DNA from: Hydrurus foetidus | Lineage: Eukaryota | Assembly (NCBI GenBank): GCA_900617105.1 | Contig: UYFQ01000001.1 | Span: forward strand, 496,001 to 560,000 | DNA: 64,000 nucleotides | Direction: 5' to 3' | In this document: piece by piece, positions 21,890-31,635 of the stretch | How the letters are laid out: every line of letters starts with the position of its first letter | Numbering within the stretch: position 1 is the stretch's first letter | Program-made: the position numbers and the translations under genes | Notes under the pieces: model-generated | What the model was told of the DNA's origin: nothing | What the model saw: only the letters and a program-made list of their open reading frames with translations | Database searches by the model: none

Positions 21890-22118
21890 GTTGGGACCTT
21901 AAATCTTAATTTTTAACTTTGCGGTAAATTTACACACAGAGTTTGATTCTGTCCTTGACAAGTCACATGCGTGCGTTGCCCCCGGCATTTTTACGGCTGT
22001 TTGCACCGTTTAGTTGCAGTGTTGCAACATGTCGCAGCGGCACAAACCTTGCCTTGCTTGAAAAGTCAGGGTATTCCCCGCCCCGATAGAATGCTATTGC
22101 ACTGCAACACAACCGCCC

Positions 22119-22430
22119 ATGATCTCTAATTCGGCCAAAGAAATTTTTATCCAAGGTCTTACCCGCGACGGTAAGACTTTTCGCCCCAGTGATTGGGCTG
22201 AGCGACTGGCTGGCGTGATGAGTTCGTTTCGTCCTGGCGGCGCTCAACCAGGCAGCCACCTGAGTTACTCACCTTGGTGTGTGCCCACGACAATAGATGG
22301 TGTGCGCTGCGTGGTGGTGCACCGCGATTTGCGCGATGCTGAGCCGATGGCCTGGGATTTTTGTATCAACTTTGCCAAAGACAATGATTTACAGGTGGTT
22401 GAAGCGTGCCTGATCCCACCACCGCCTTGA
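22119..22430 (+). CDS. DUF3579 domain protein
   Basis: IQGLT.DGKTFRPSDWAERL and FAKDNDL. Confidence 0.88.
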   Translation: MISNSAKEIFIQGLTRDGKTFRPSDWAERLAGVMSSFRPGGAQPGSHLSYSPWCVPTTIDGVRCVVVHRDLRDAEPMAWDFCINFAKDNDLQVVEACLIPPPP

Positions 22431-22492
22431 TGTTTGCGGCCTGATAGTCGCTCAACCTGTAAGGTCAAGTAGAAATCAAAAGTCCAGACTTG

Positions 22493-22530
22493 AAAAAACC
22501 GCCAGGGCTTTAGGCCTGTGGCGGTTTTTT
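22493..22530. terminator. Bidirectional terminator between DUF3579 and rpsT
   Basis: AAAAAACCGCCA...TGGCGGTTTTTT. Confidence 0.85.
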
Positions 22531-22602
22531 CACTTTGCTGTCAGCGCACCCGGTACAAACGGCAGGCCGTCTTGCGACTGCCCGTGCTGTGTGTGTTGGT
22601 GT

Positions 22603-22911
22603 TTAAGCGGCGGCGGTAGCCAGCACCAGGTTTTTCACCTTGGTGGACAAACGGCTCTTATCGCGCGCTGCCTTGTTTTTGTGGAAGATGCCCTTGTCGG
22701 CCACGGTGTCGACCACAGCTTGCATCTTGGCGAACAATTCAGTTGCCTTGGTTTTGTCGCCAGCGATAACGGCTTTTTCAACGTTCTTCACGGCGGTGCG
22801 GTACTTAGAACGCAGCGAGGTGTTCGCAGCGTTGATTTTCACGTCTTGACGAACGCGCTTGCGGCCTGATGCGAGACGTGGGTTTTTCTTTTTGGGTTTG
22901 GTAGATGCCAT
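22603..22911 (-). CDS. rpsT: 30S ribosomal protein S20
   Basis: RKR.RQ...[26 protein letters not shown]. Confidence 0.96.
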   Translation of the reverse strand: MASTKPKKKNPRLASGRKRVRQDVKINAANTSLRSKYRTAVKNVEKAVIAGDKTKATELFAKMQAVVDTVADKGIFHKNKAARDKSRLSTKVKNLVLATAAA

Positions 22912-22987
22912 GGATTGTGTTCCTTGATTGGTTTGAGGATGATGCCAGCAAAGCCTTCCATTATAGCTGGCAAGTTACACTTGGCCG

Positions 22988-24544
22988 GTGAGTCTCTTTA
23001 AAACCGCTTCAACTGTATCCCTATTAACCCTGGTTTCGCGCATCACCGGCTTGGTGCGCGAACTGCTGATCGCCTCCGCCTTCGGTGCCAGCGCCATGAC
23101 GGACGCTTTCAATGTCGCTTGGCGCATCCCCAATCTTTTCCGCCGCTGGTTTGCTGAGGGCGCTTTCACGCAAGCTTTTGTTCCTTTGCTGGCTGCCACC
23201 AAGGCTGAGCATGGCGAGGCTGCTACGAAATTGTTGATTTCACGTGTGGCGACTGTGTTGTTTTGGATGCTGGCGTTGGTGAGCGTACTGGGCGTGATAG
23301 CGGCCCCTTTCTTGGTTTGGGCGATGGCCAGTGGCCTGAAGCAGGGCATGGATGCTGCGGTGCTGATGACGCGCTTGATGTTCCCTTACATCATGTTCAT
23401 GTCGCTGGTCGCCCTGGCCGCTGGTGTGCTGAATACCTGGCAGCGCTTTGCGGTACCCGCTGCCACGCCGGTGCTGCTGAATCTCTGCTGGATTGCTGCG
23501 GCGTTGTGGGGAGCCCCATGGTTTGCTTCCAAAGGCATTGAGCCGATTTACGCTATTTGTGTTGGCGTGATGGTGGGCGGTGCCTTGCAGTTAGCGACCC
23601 AGGTGCTGGCCGTTAAAAGACTGGGTTTGCTTCCTCAAATTGGTTTGAGTTGGGCTGCTGTGCAGGTTGCATGGTCGGACGAAGCTACTAAAACAATAGC
23701 AAAACGTATGCTCCCCGCCATCATCGGTGGCAGCGTGGCGCAAATTTCGTTGCTCATCAACACCCAAATTGCTTCGCATTTAGAGACCGGCAGCGTCAGT
23801 TGGCTGGGCTATGCCGATCGCTTTATGGAATTGCCTGTTGCCCTGCTGGGTGTCACCCTGGGCGTGGTGCTGATGCCCCAGTTGGCCGCAGCCAAGGCCA
23901 GCGACGATGCCGTCAAATACTCCGACATGCTGGACTGGGGTCTGCGCCTCGTTGTGCTGCTGGCCGTGCCCTGCGCCGTAGCACTGGTGACATTCGCGAC
24001 GCCAGTTGTGGCTACCATGTTCCACCATGGTGCATTCACTGACCGCGATGTCGATCAAACGGCCTTGGCGCTGATGGGCTGGGGCGTTGGTGTGCTGGGT
24101 TTGGTGGCTATCAAAGTGCTGGCATCCGGGTTTTATGCCAACCAAGACGTTAAAACACCTATGTGGATTGCCTTTGGCGTGCTCATCACCACCCAGCTGC
24201 TGAATTTGGTGTTTGTGCCCATGTTTGCGCAGGCAGGCTTGTCTTTGTCCATCGGTGTTGCTGCCATGTTGAATGCGCTGGCGCTGCTGATAGGTTTGAT
24301 CCGGCGTGGCAGCTACAAGCCGCAACCCGGCTGGTGGATGTTCAGCTTGCAAGTGCTTGCTGGCAGCGCACTGATGGCGATTTTGCTGATGTGGGCCTCA
24401 CAAGCCGTGCCTTGGCTGGCCATGCGTGAGCAAGGTTTGCAGCGTGCGGGCTGGTTTGCGTTGAGTGCTGTTGGTGCTGCGCTGTTGTATTTTGCCGCGC
24501 TGTGGGCTGCAGGTATGAAACTGCGGGCCTTGTTCAAGCGGTAA
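22988..24544 (+). CDS. murJ: Lipid II flippase MurJ
   Basis: SRITGLVRE, RIPNLFRR.FAEGAF, YADRFMELP; divergent from rpsT. Confidence 0.95.
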   Translation: MSLFKTASTVSLLTLVSRITGLVRELLIASAFGASAMTDAFNVAWRIPNLFRRWFAEGAFTQAFVPLLAATKAEHGEAATKLLISRVATVLFWMLALVSVLGVIAAPFLVWAMASGLKQGMDAAVLMTRLMFPYIMFMSLVALAAGVLNTWQRFAVPAATPVLLNLCWIAAALWGAPWFASKGIEPIYAICVGVMVGGALQLATQVLAVKRLGLLPQIGLSWAAVQVAWSDEATKTIAKRMLPAIIGGSVAQISLLINTQIASHLETGSVSWLGYADRFMELPVALLGVTLGVVLMPQLAAAKASDDAVKYSDMLDWGLRLVVLLAVPCAVALVTFATPVVATMFHHGAFTDRDVDQTALALMGWGVGVLGLVAIKVLASGFYANQDVKTPMWIAFGVLITTQLLNLVFVPMFAQAGLSLSIGVAAMLNALALLIGLIRRGSYKPQPGWWMFSLQVLAGSALMAILLMWASQAVPWLAMREQGLQRAGWFALSAVGAALLYFAALWAAGMKLRALFKR

Positions 24545-24606
24545 ATACTCGCGCTGATTACCCGCACCGCAACGCATCGGGCATCACTTTCTGTTTCAAT
24601 AGCGCC

Positions 24607-25461
24607 ATGCAGATGCAATTTTTGGCCCCCACACCGCTGACGTATTTCGCCGCACTGGTGCAGAGCGATGCGCATTTCCCTTTGCTTGAGGCTGCCATAT
24701 CCTTGGCGCAAGACGAGTATCCTGAGTTGGACATCCAGCAGGTGCTGGGAGATGTCGATCAATTGCAGGCCCGCCTCCAGCGCCGCATCCCCGAAGGTGC
24801 TGCCGCCCTGCACCGTTTGCGTTTGCTGAACCATTTTTTCTTTCGCGAGCTGAGCTTCGCTGGCAACATCAACAACTATTACGAGCCAGACAACAGCTAC
24901 CTGAACGCCGTGCTGCGCACGCGCAGGGGTATTCCGATTTCACTGGCCGTGCTGTGGATGGAGCTGGCGCAAGGGATTGGCCTGAATGCGCTTGGTGTGG
25001 GTTTCCCTGGGCACTTCATGGTCAAAGTCAGTTTGCCCAAGGGGCAGGTGGTAATGGACCCCTTCAGTGGCCATTCATTGGGCCGTGAAGAGCTGGCCGA
25101 GCGCTTGGAGCCGTACAAACGCCGCAGTGGCTTAGTGGGTGAGTTTGATGTGCCGCTGTCCCTGTATTTACAGGCGGAATCGCCTCGCCACATCATCGCC
25201 CGAATGCTGCGCAATCTAAAGGAAGTCCATCGTGCGCAACGTGACTGGGAACGGTTTGTGGCCGTGCAAGATCGCCTGATTGTGCTGCTGCCCGAGGCGT
25301 GGAGCGAGCACCGTGACCGGGGCTTGGCGCTGGCCGAGTTGGGCCGCACCAGAGCAGCCGTGGTCGATTTGGAAACCTACTTGTGTCAAGCGCGGGATGC
25401 GTTGGACATGGACGCTATTGCTGAGCGGGCCGACGAATTACGTCGTGCCAAGAGTGAATAG
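24607..25461 (+). CDS. SirB1/transglutaminase-like TPR protein
   Basis: NSYLN.VL..RRGIPISLA, FPGHF, RMLRNLK, RDRGL. Confidence 0.9.
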   Translation: MQMQFLAPTPLTYFAALVQSDAHFPLLEAAISLAQDEYPELDIQQVLGDVDQLQARLQRRIPEGAAALHRLRLLNHFFFRELSFAGNINNYYEPDNSYLNAVLRTRRGIPISLAVLWMELAQGIGLNALGVGFPGHFMVKVSLPKGQVVMDPFSGHSLGREELAERLEPYKRRSGLVGEFDVPLSLYLQAESPRHIIARMLRNLKEVHRAQRDWERFVAVQDRLIVLLPEAWSEHRDRGLALAELGRTRAAVVDLETYLCQARDALDMDAIAERADELRRAKSE

Positions 25462-25489
25462 TGCGAGTAGCGTAAATCGCCAGAACAAC

Positions 25490-25514
25490 GAGCACCCCGC
25501 AAGCGTGGGTGCTC
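25490..25514. terminator. Hairpin between convergent genes
   Basis: GAGCACCC-cgcaagcgt-GGGTGCTC, no U-tract. Confidence 0.45.
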
Positions 25515-25538
25515 AGTAAAGAGGGCTTAAGGGTGGCT

Positions 25539-26606
25539 TTAGGCCACCACCACCGCTTCGCCCGAGCCTTGTGCGGCAATCACGCCAATCTCGTACACCA
25601 TTTCACCCGCATCGCGCAGCGTTTGTGCACAAGCTGCGGCGTGGGCAGCTTCAATCACCACGACCATGCCGATGCCGTTGTTGAAGGTACGGTTCATCTC
25701 CATATCGTCAATGCCCGCCGTATTTTGCAGCCAGGCGAACAGCTCGGTCTGGGGCCAGCTGCCTTTGCGCAAATGGGCTGCGGTGCCTTCAGGCAATACG
25801 CGGGGGATGTTTTCCAGCAAGCCGCCGCCGGTGATGTGGGCCAGGGCTTTGATGGGGTGCAGCGCCAGCGCGGCCAGCACGTTCTTGACGTAGAGGCGGG
25901 TGGGTTCCATCAGCGCTTGCTTGAACGGCTTGCCGTCCAAGGTGGCGGGCAGGGTGTCAGCGGCACGCTCAATGCATTTGCGCACCAAGCTAAAACCGTT
26001 GGAATGCACGCCGTGGCTGGCGAGGCCCAGCACGGTGTCGCCGGGTTTCACGTCTTGCCCCGTCAAAATTTTGGATTTTTCAACCGCGCCGACGGCAAAG
26101 CCAGCCAAATCGTATTCGCCAGCGGGGTACATGCCGGGCATTTCAGCGGTTTCGCCGCCGATAAGGGCACAGCCTGACAACTCACAACCTTTGGCGATGC
26201 CGCCAATCACCGCTGCGGCGGTGTCGATATCGAGCTTGCCGCACGCAAAGTAGTCCAAAAAGAACAGGGGCTCTGCGCCTTGCACCAGCACGTCGTTCAC
26301 GCTCATAGCCACCAGGTCGATGCCCACAGTGTCGTGCATGTTCCACTCGAAAGCCAGCTTGAGCTTGGTGCCCACGCCATCGGTGCCGCTGACCAACACG
26401 GGTTCTTTGTAGCGCTTGGGCACTTCAAACAGCGCACCAAAACCGCCAATACCGGCCAGCACGCCTTCGCGCATAGTTTTTTTAGCAAGCGGTTTGATGC
26501 GCTCGATCAGGGCATCGCCCGCAACAATATCAACACCCGCGTCTTTGTAAGACAGCGCGGCGTTAGAAGGGGATGAAGTCGAAGGCGGGGTAGAAATTAA
26601 GCTCAT
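25539..26606 (-). CDS. purM: Phosphoribosylformylglycinamidine cyclo-ligase
   Basis: [32 protein letters not shown]. Confidence 0.97.
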   Translation of the reverse strand: MSLISTPPSTSSPSNAALSYKDAGVDIVAGDALIERIKPLAKKTMREGVLAGIGGFGALFEVPKRYKEPVLVSGTDGVGTKLKLAFEWNMHDTVGIDLVAMSVNDVLVQGAEPLFFLDYFACGKLDIDTAAAVIGGIAKGCELSGCALIGGETAEMPGMYPAGEYDLAGFAVGAVEKSKILTGQDVKPGDTVLGLASHGVHSNGFSLVRKCIERAADTLPATLDGKPFKQALMEPTRLYVKNVLAALALHPIKALAHITGGGLLENIPRVLPEGTAAHLRKGSWPQTELFAWLQNTAGIDDMEMNRTFNNGIGMVVVIEAAHAAACAQTLRDAGEMVYEIGVIAAQGSGEAVVVA

Positions 26607-26747
26607 GAACGGCGATCAGGTAGGGGCGCAGGTGTGAAAACAATAGCCCGATAGAATTTGCGTGGATTTTACGGGCAACGCCTGCCCGGCCCAACGGCCC
26701 CTGGATTTCTCTTCTTCATTCCCTAGCATTCTCTTTTTACCCAACCC

Positions 26748-27818
26748 ATGCCCATCACCACCAGTCAGAAACGCGCCATCGCTTGGTTGGCTATCGCTTT
26801 GGTGGCCGCGCTGGTGCTGTGGGCGCTGGGGCCGGTGCTGACACCGTTTGTGGTGGCCGCTGTGCTGGCCTATGCGCTCACCCCACTGGTGGACGCGCTG
26901 GACAACCTGGGCGGTGGCCGTGTGCCCCGCGTGTTGGCGGTGATCGTTGTGGAGCTGCTGTTCATCGTGGCTATGTTGGGCGTTGTGCTGCTGATCGTGC
27001 CTATTTTGACCAAAGAGCTGCCGCAAATGCGCGAGCAAATCCCCGCGATGCTTGACGGCTTGAGCGCGTGGCTCAAACCCCATCTGGCCCAGTTGGGCGT
27101 GCCTTTTTCGTTGGAGATCAAAAGCATCAAAGCCTTGGTGCTCAAGTACCTCAACGCCAACGGTGAAGATGCGTTCGCCTCGCTGCTCTCATCGCTCAAA
27201 TTGGGCGGCAGTGTGGCGCTGACGGTGGTCGGCAACGCGGTGTTGATCCCCGTGGCCTTGTTTTACATGCTGATGGAATGGCACAGGTTCATGGCGCAAC
27301 TGACCAGTTTTGTGCCGCCGCGAATGCGTGCTGCGGTGGACAGCTTCACCAGCGAAGCGGATGCCGTGCTGGGCCAGTACCTGCGTGGCCAGTTGCTGGT
27401 GATGCTGGCTTTGGCCGTGTTTTACAGCGTCGGCTTGGCCTTGTTTGGGCTGGATTTAGCCTTGCCGATTGGGGTCTTTACCGGCTTGGCGGTGTTTGTG
27501 CCTTATCTGGGCTTTGGTATCGGCTTGGTGCTGGGCGGCTTGGCGGGGCTGTTGCAGTTCGCGTCCATCAAAGTGGTGGTGATGCTGGCCGTGGTGTTTG
27601 GCACCGGCCAAGTGCTGGAAGGCTTTTTTCTCACCCCCCGATTGGTGGGTGAGCGCATTGGCCTGCACCCGTTGGCCGTGATTTTTGCTTTGCTGGCCTT
27701 TGGTCAGTTGCTGGGCTTTGTCGGCGTGCTGATTGCCTTGCCGGCCAGTGCCGTGCTGCTGGTCGCCATACGCCGTGTGCGGGCGGGCTATGTGGCCAGC
27801 AAGCTGTATTTGGGCTAA
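26748..27818 (+). CDS. AI-2E family transporter (PerM-like)
   Basis: YLRGQ, FVPYLG, PRLVGERIGLHP, LIALP; purM-perM-hda synteny. Confidence 0.9.
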   Translation: MPITTSQKRAIAWLAIALVAALVLWALGPVLTPFVVAAVLAYALTPLVDALDNLGGGRVPRVLAVIVVELLFIVAMLGVVLLIVPILTKELPQMREQIPAMLDGLSAWLKPHLAQLGVPFSLEIKSIKALVLKYLNANGEDAFASLLSSLKLGGSVALTVVGNAVLIPVALFYMLMEWHRFMAQLTSFVPPRMRAAVDSFTSEADAVLGQYLRGQLLVMLALAVFYSVGLALFGLDLALPIGVFTGLAVFVPYLGFGIGLVLGGLAGLLQFASIKVVVMLAVVFGTGQVLEGFFLTPRLVGERIGLHPLAVIFALLAFGQLLGFVGVLIALPASAVLLVAIRRVRAGYVASKLYLG

Positions 27819-27856
27819 GCGCCACACCCACACAAGGTCGCAAGGACACATCCGCC

Positions 27857-28537
27857 ATGATGAAGCAACTGACGCTGGACATTGGGCTGCCCACCGGGTC
27901 AACGCTGTCCAACTTCTTTGCGGGCTCTAACGTGGCGGCGCTGGCGCACCTCCAGCAGTGGGTGGGGCAGGGGGCCAGCCGCCCGTTTGTGCCGATGTAC
28001 CTCTGGGGTGATACGGCCAGCGGCAAAACCCATTTGCTCAAAGCCCTGCGCGAGGCGTTGCGCGAGCAGGGTGCCACTGTGGGGTGGCTGGACAGCACCA
28101 TGCTCAATCCGCCCGACTACTTCGAGGGCTGGAGCTTGGTGCTGCTCGACGATGTGCAGTATTTCAACCCCGAGCAGCAGCACACCGCCTTCAAATGGTT
28201 TGTCAACGCCCAAGTCCACCAGTGCGCCGTGCTGGCGACTGGAGATGCCGCACCCGCTGCGCTCAAGCTGCGCGAAGACCTGCGCACCCGCCTGGGCTGG
28301 GGCCATATTTTTCAACTGCATGTGCTGACCGAGCCTGAGCGCCGTGCCGTGCTGCGACTAGAGGCCGATGCACGCGGCGTGGTGCTGGGCGATGAGGTGA
28401 TGGATTTCATGCTCAGCCGCTTTTCTCGCGACCTGGGCAGTCTGATGCAGCTGCTGGAACACCTGGACGCTTACGCCCTGCAAAGCAAACGCGCCATCAC
28501 CATCCCGCTGATCAAAGCGATGCTCGAATCTGAATAA
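27857..28537 (+). CDS. hda: DnaA regulatory inactivator Hda
   Basis: QLTLD clamp motif, GKTHLL, LLDDV, REDLRTRL, ITIPL. Confidence 0.92.
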   Translation: MMKQLTLDIGLPTGSTLSNFFAGSNVAALAHLQQWVGQGASRPFVPMYLWGDTASGKTHLLKALREALREQGATVGWLDSTMLNPPDYFEGWSLVLLDDVQYFNPEQQHTAFKWFVNAQVHQCAVLATGDAAPAALKLREDLRTRLGWGHIFQLHVLTEPERRAVLRLEADARGVVLGDEVMDFMLSRFSRDLGSLMQLLEHLDAYALQSKRAITIPLIKAMLESE

Positions 28538-28539
28538 CC

Positions 28540-29238
28540 ATGTCACTGCAATCCAAACCCAAACTCACCCTGTTCGACCTTGACCACACCCTGATACCGG
28601 TCGATTCAGACTACACCTGGGGCGTTTTCACCACCGACATTGGTTGGACTGACCCCGTTACGTTTCAGCAAAAAAACGACGAGTTCTACGCCCACTACAA
28701 AGCCGGTACGTTGGACATCAATGACTATGTGCAGTTTGCCACCGATACCATTCGCGAACGTGGTGCTACACAATCCATAGCTGCCCACGCCCAGTACATG
28801 GTCAGTGTGATCGATAAAGAACTGAATCCAGTGTCCAACAAAGCCATTGCGCTGCTGAAAGAGCACCAAGCTGCCGGTGACACGGTGGTCATCGTTACCG
28901 CCACCAATGCCTTCGTCACCCGTCCCATCGCGCAAGCCTTGGGTGTGTTTGAGTTGATCGCTGTGGAGCTAGAGAGGGGCTCGGACGGCTGGATCACTGG
29001 CCGGATTGCAGGCGTGCCCTCAGCCCGCGAGGGCAAAGTGACCCGCGTCAACCAGTGGCTGGCGGCACGCGGCCTCACGCTGGCCGATGTGGAGAGCCGC
29101 TTCTACACCGATTCCGTCAACGACCTTACACTCCTAGAGGCGGTAGACTTCCCCGTCGCCACCAACCCAGACGACCGTCTGCGGGCCATCGCTGTAGCGC
29201 GTGGTTGGCCCATCCTCGATTTATTTGCCAAGCGCTAA
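28540..29238 (+). CDS. HAD-IB family hydrolase (SerB-like)
   Basis: FDLDHTL, VTATN, GKV, YTDSVNDL.LL. Confidence 0.9.
   Translation: MSLQSKPKLTLFDLDHTLIPVDSDYTWGVFTTDIGWTDPVTFQQKNDEFYAHYKAGTLDINDYVQFATDTIRERGATQSIAAHAQYMVSVIDKELNPVSNKAIALLKEHQAAGDTVVIVTATNAFVTRPIAQALGVFELIAVELERGSDGWITGRIAGVPSAREGKVTRVNQWLAARGLTLADVESRFYTDSVNDLTLLEAVDFPVATNPDDRLRAIAVARGWPILDLFAKR
28765..28807 (+). repeat. Degenerate in-frame copy of the AT-rich repeat (copy E)
   Basis: GCTACACAATCCATAGCTGCCCACGC matches head and next segment of repeat; encodes ATQSIAAHA. Confidence 0.45.
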
Positions 29239-29268
29239 CGCACGGCCCCCTGCTGATTTTCGGCCTTC

Positions 29269-30939
29269 ATGATTAAAAAATTCATCGACAAACTGCTCGG
29301 CAAGACCCGCGCACCCCGTGCAGCCAAAGTGGCTGCTGGCACCGCACCCGCGCCTTCCCTGCCACCCCCTAAGTTAGGTCAACGCCAAGAATGGGGTTTT
29401 GATGCCCACCGCATTGACCCCAGTCTGGTGGACGAGCGTGCCGCCAACGTCGTCCACACCCTCAAGCAGGGTGGCTACGAGGCTTACATCGTTGGCGGTG
29501 CGGTGCGCGATTTGCTGCTCGGTCTGCGTCCCAAAGACTTTGACGTGGCAACCGATGCCACACCGGAGCAGGTCAAGGGCTTGTTCCGCCGTGCCTTCAT
29601 CATCGGGCGGCGCTTTCGCATCGTCCACGTCGTGTTTGGCCGAGGTCGTCAAGACCGGGGCTTGAGCGAGGTGATTGAGGTGTCCACCTTCCGCGCCCTG
29701 CTGGAAAGCGCCGATGCCACCCAAGTCAAGGGTAACGAGCGCAGCTCAAAAACCGAGCTGGCTGGCATGACCCATGCGGTAGACGGCGCTGGTCGGGTGC
29801 TGCGCGACAACGTGTGGGGCAGTCTGCAAGAAGACGCCGCTCGCCGCGATTTCACCATCAACGCCATGTACTACGACCCCGAAGCGCAGGTGGTGGTGGA
29901 CTACCACGGTGGCTTCCAAGACGCGCAAAACAAAATTCTGCGCATGATTGGCGACCCCGCCACCCGCTACCGCGAAGACCCGGTGCGCATCATCCGCGCC
30001 GTGCGCTTTTCGGCCAAACTCAGCGCCCTGGGTTTCACGTTCGACCCGGCCACTGCGGCCCCGCTCGCCACGATGAAAAAGCTGCTGGCCGATGTGCCCC
30101 AAAGCCGCTTGTTCGATGAGATGCTCAAGCTCTTGCAAACCGGCCATGCCGTAGCGACCATCGCGCAACTCCAATTTTTAGGCCTTGACCGGGGTATCTA
30201 CCCGTTGCTCGATGTGATCGTCGAACGTGCAGACCAGCCGTTTGTGCAAGCTGCCCTCGCTGACACCGACCGCCGCGTGAACGAAGGCAAACCCGTGGCC
30301 CCTAGCTTCTTGCTGGCCTGCGTGCTGTGGGCCGATGTGCGTGACGGCTGGGCGCTGCGCCAGTCGCAAGGCCAATACGCTGTGCCTGCCTTGCAAGATG
30401 CCGTGGACGAAGCCTTTGATGCCCGCATCGGTGACGTATCAGGTCGTGGCAAGCTCGGTGCCGACATGCGCGACACCTGGATGATGCAGCCCCGCTTTGA
30501 GAAGCGCAGCGGCACCACGCCCTTCAGCATGGCCGATCAACCCCGCTTTCGCGCCGGTTTCGATTTCTTGCGTTTGCGGGCCAATGCCGGTGAAGTGCCA
30601 GAAGAACTGGGGACGTGGTGGGAAGATTTCTCGCTCGCCAGCGACGACGACCGCGAACGCATGGTGCGCGACCTGCGCGAAGCACAGCGGCAAAAAAGCA
30701 GCCCGGCCAAGGGCCAGCCGCGTGTGCATTTGCGTGCGCCAGCCAGAGTGGCCGTCATCCCGAACGACAGCGTGGACAACCCGTCGCCACATCAAACCGC
30801 TACCGAAGCTGATTTCTCCGGCGATGCTCCCCCCGCAGAAGGCTCTGCCGATGATGCCGCACCTAAAAAACGCCGCCGTCGCCGCCGCAAACCCGGCGAA
30901 GGCCCAGCGAACAGCACAGGCGCACCGTCTGAGTCGTGA
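29269..30939 (+). CDS. pcnB: Poly(A) polymerase I
   Basis: VGGAVRDLL..PKDFDV, IIGRRF, RRDFTINA, EDPVR; upstream of folK. Confidence 0.95.
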   Translation: MIKKFIDKLLGKTRAPRAAKVAAGTAPAPSLPPPKLGQRQEWGFDAHRIDPSLVDERAANVVHTLKQGGYEAYIVGGAVRDLLLGLRPKDFDVATDATPEQVKGLFRRAFIIGRRFRIVHVVFGRGRQDRGLSEVIEVSTFRALLESADATQVKGNERSSKTELAGMTHAVDGAGRVLRDNVWGSLQEDAARRDFTINAMYYDPEAQVVVDYHGGFQDAQNKILRMIGDPATRYREDPVRIIRAVRFSAKLSALGFTFDPATAAPLATMKKLLADVPQSRLFDEMLKLLQTGHAVATIAQLQFLGLDRGIYPLLDVIVERADQPFVQAALADTDRRVNEGKPVAPSFLLACVLWADVRDGWALRQSQGQYAVPALQDAVDEAFDARIGDVSGRGKLGADMRDTWMMQPRFEKRSGTTPFSMADQPRFRAGFDFLRLRANAGEVPEELGTWWEDFSLASDDDRERMVRDLREAQRQKSSPAKGQPRVHLRAPARVAVIPNDSVDNPSPHQTATEADFSGDAPPAEGSADDAAPKKRRRRRRKPGEGPANSTGAPSES

Positions 30940-31463
30940 GCGCTGCCCCTCAGCTTGCCGTTGAACGCGCCCCTCAACGCCACCCGGTAGAGGCCTTTAT
31001 TGCCCTGGGGGCCAATTTGGGCGCTAACTTGGACGGTTTGGCCCAAGCTCTGACGGACGCGATTGCCGCCATTAACGGCTTGCCCCATACCCGCATCACC
31101 CGCCGCTCGTCCCTGTACCGCAGTGCGCCGGTCGATGCCACGGGGCCGGATTATGTCAATGCCGTAGTGGCTGCTTCCACGGCTCTCAGCGCACCAGAAC
31201 TGCTTGCGCAGCTACAAAAAATAGAGCAAACCGCAGGCCGCGAACGCACCACCCGCAACGCACCACGCACCTTGGATCTGGACATCCTGCTCTACGGCAG
31301 CGCCTGTATCGACAGCCCCACATTGACCGTACCGCATCCCCGCATGACGCAACGTGCGTTTGTGCTCTTGCCGTTAGCAGAAATCGCGCCGGAGTGGGCA
31401 GGCATGGCCAGCAACCCTGCCATCACAGCGCAGCGCATTGAACGCCTGATCCTTGCGGGTTAG
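30936..31463 (+). CDS. folK: 2-amino-4-hydroxy-6-hydroxymethyldihydropteridine diphosphokinase
   Basis: ALGANLG, PRTLDLDIL, VPHPRM..RAFVL.PL. Confidence 0.95.
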   Translation: MSAAPQLAVERAPQRHPVEAFIALGANLGANLDGLAQALTDAIAAINGLPHTRITRRSSLYRSAPVDATGPDYVNAVVAASTALSAPELLAQLQKIEQTAGRERTTRNAPRTLDLDILLYGSACIDSPTLTVPHPRMTQRAFVLLPLAEIAPEWAGMASNPAITAQRIERLILAG

Positions 31464-31516
31464 TGGCCGTTAAAGGGCTGTTGAAGCACACGGTTACACT
31501 CCCCACCGAACTGTGA

Positions 31517-31534
31517 TCGTCAAAAAAACGTCAC
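31517..31534 (+). promoter_or_regulatory. Candidate Pho box
   Basis: TCGTCAA-AAAA-ACGTCAC, 11-bp period GTCA repeat upstream of a phosphate transporter operon. Confidence 0.45.
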
Positions 31535-31635
31535 AACCCTGACTTATTTCTGGGGTCAGCTTCCAGTCAGGCGAATGAGCTTTTCGCCTTTCCTTGAAGC
31601 TCGTCCCTGTGCCCCCACCCCCTTAGGAGTTCGCC

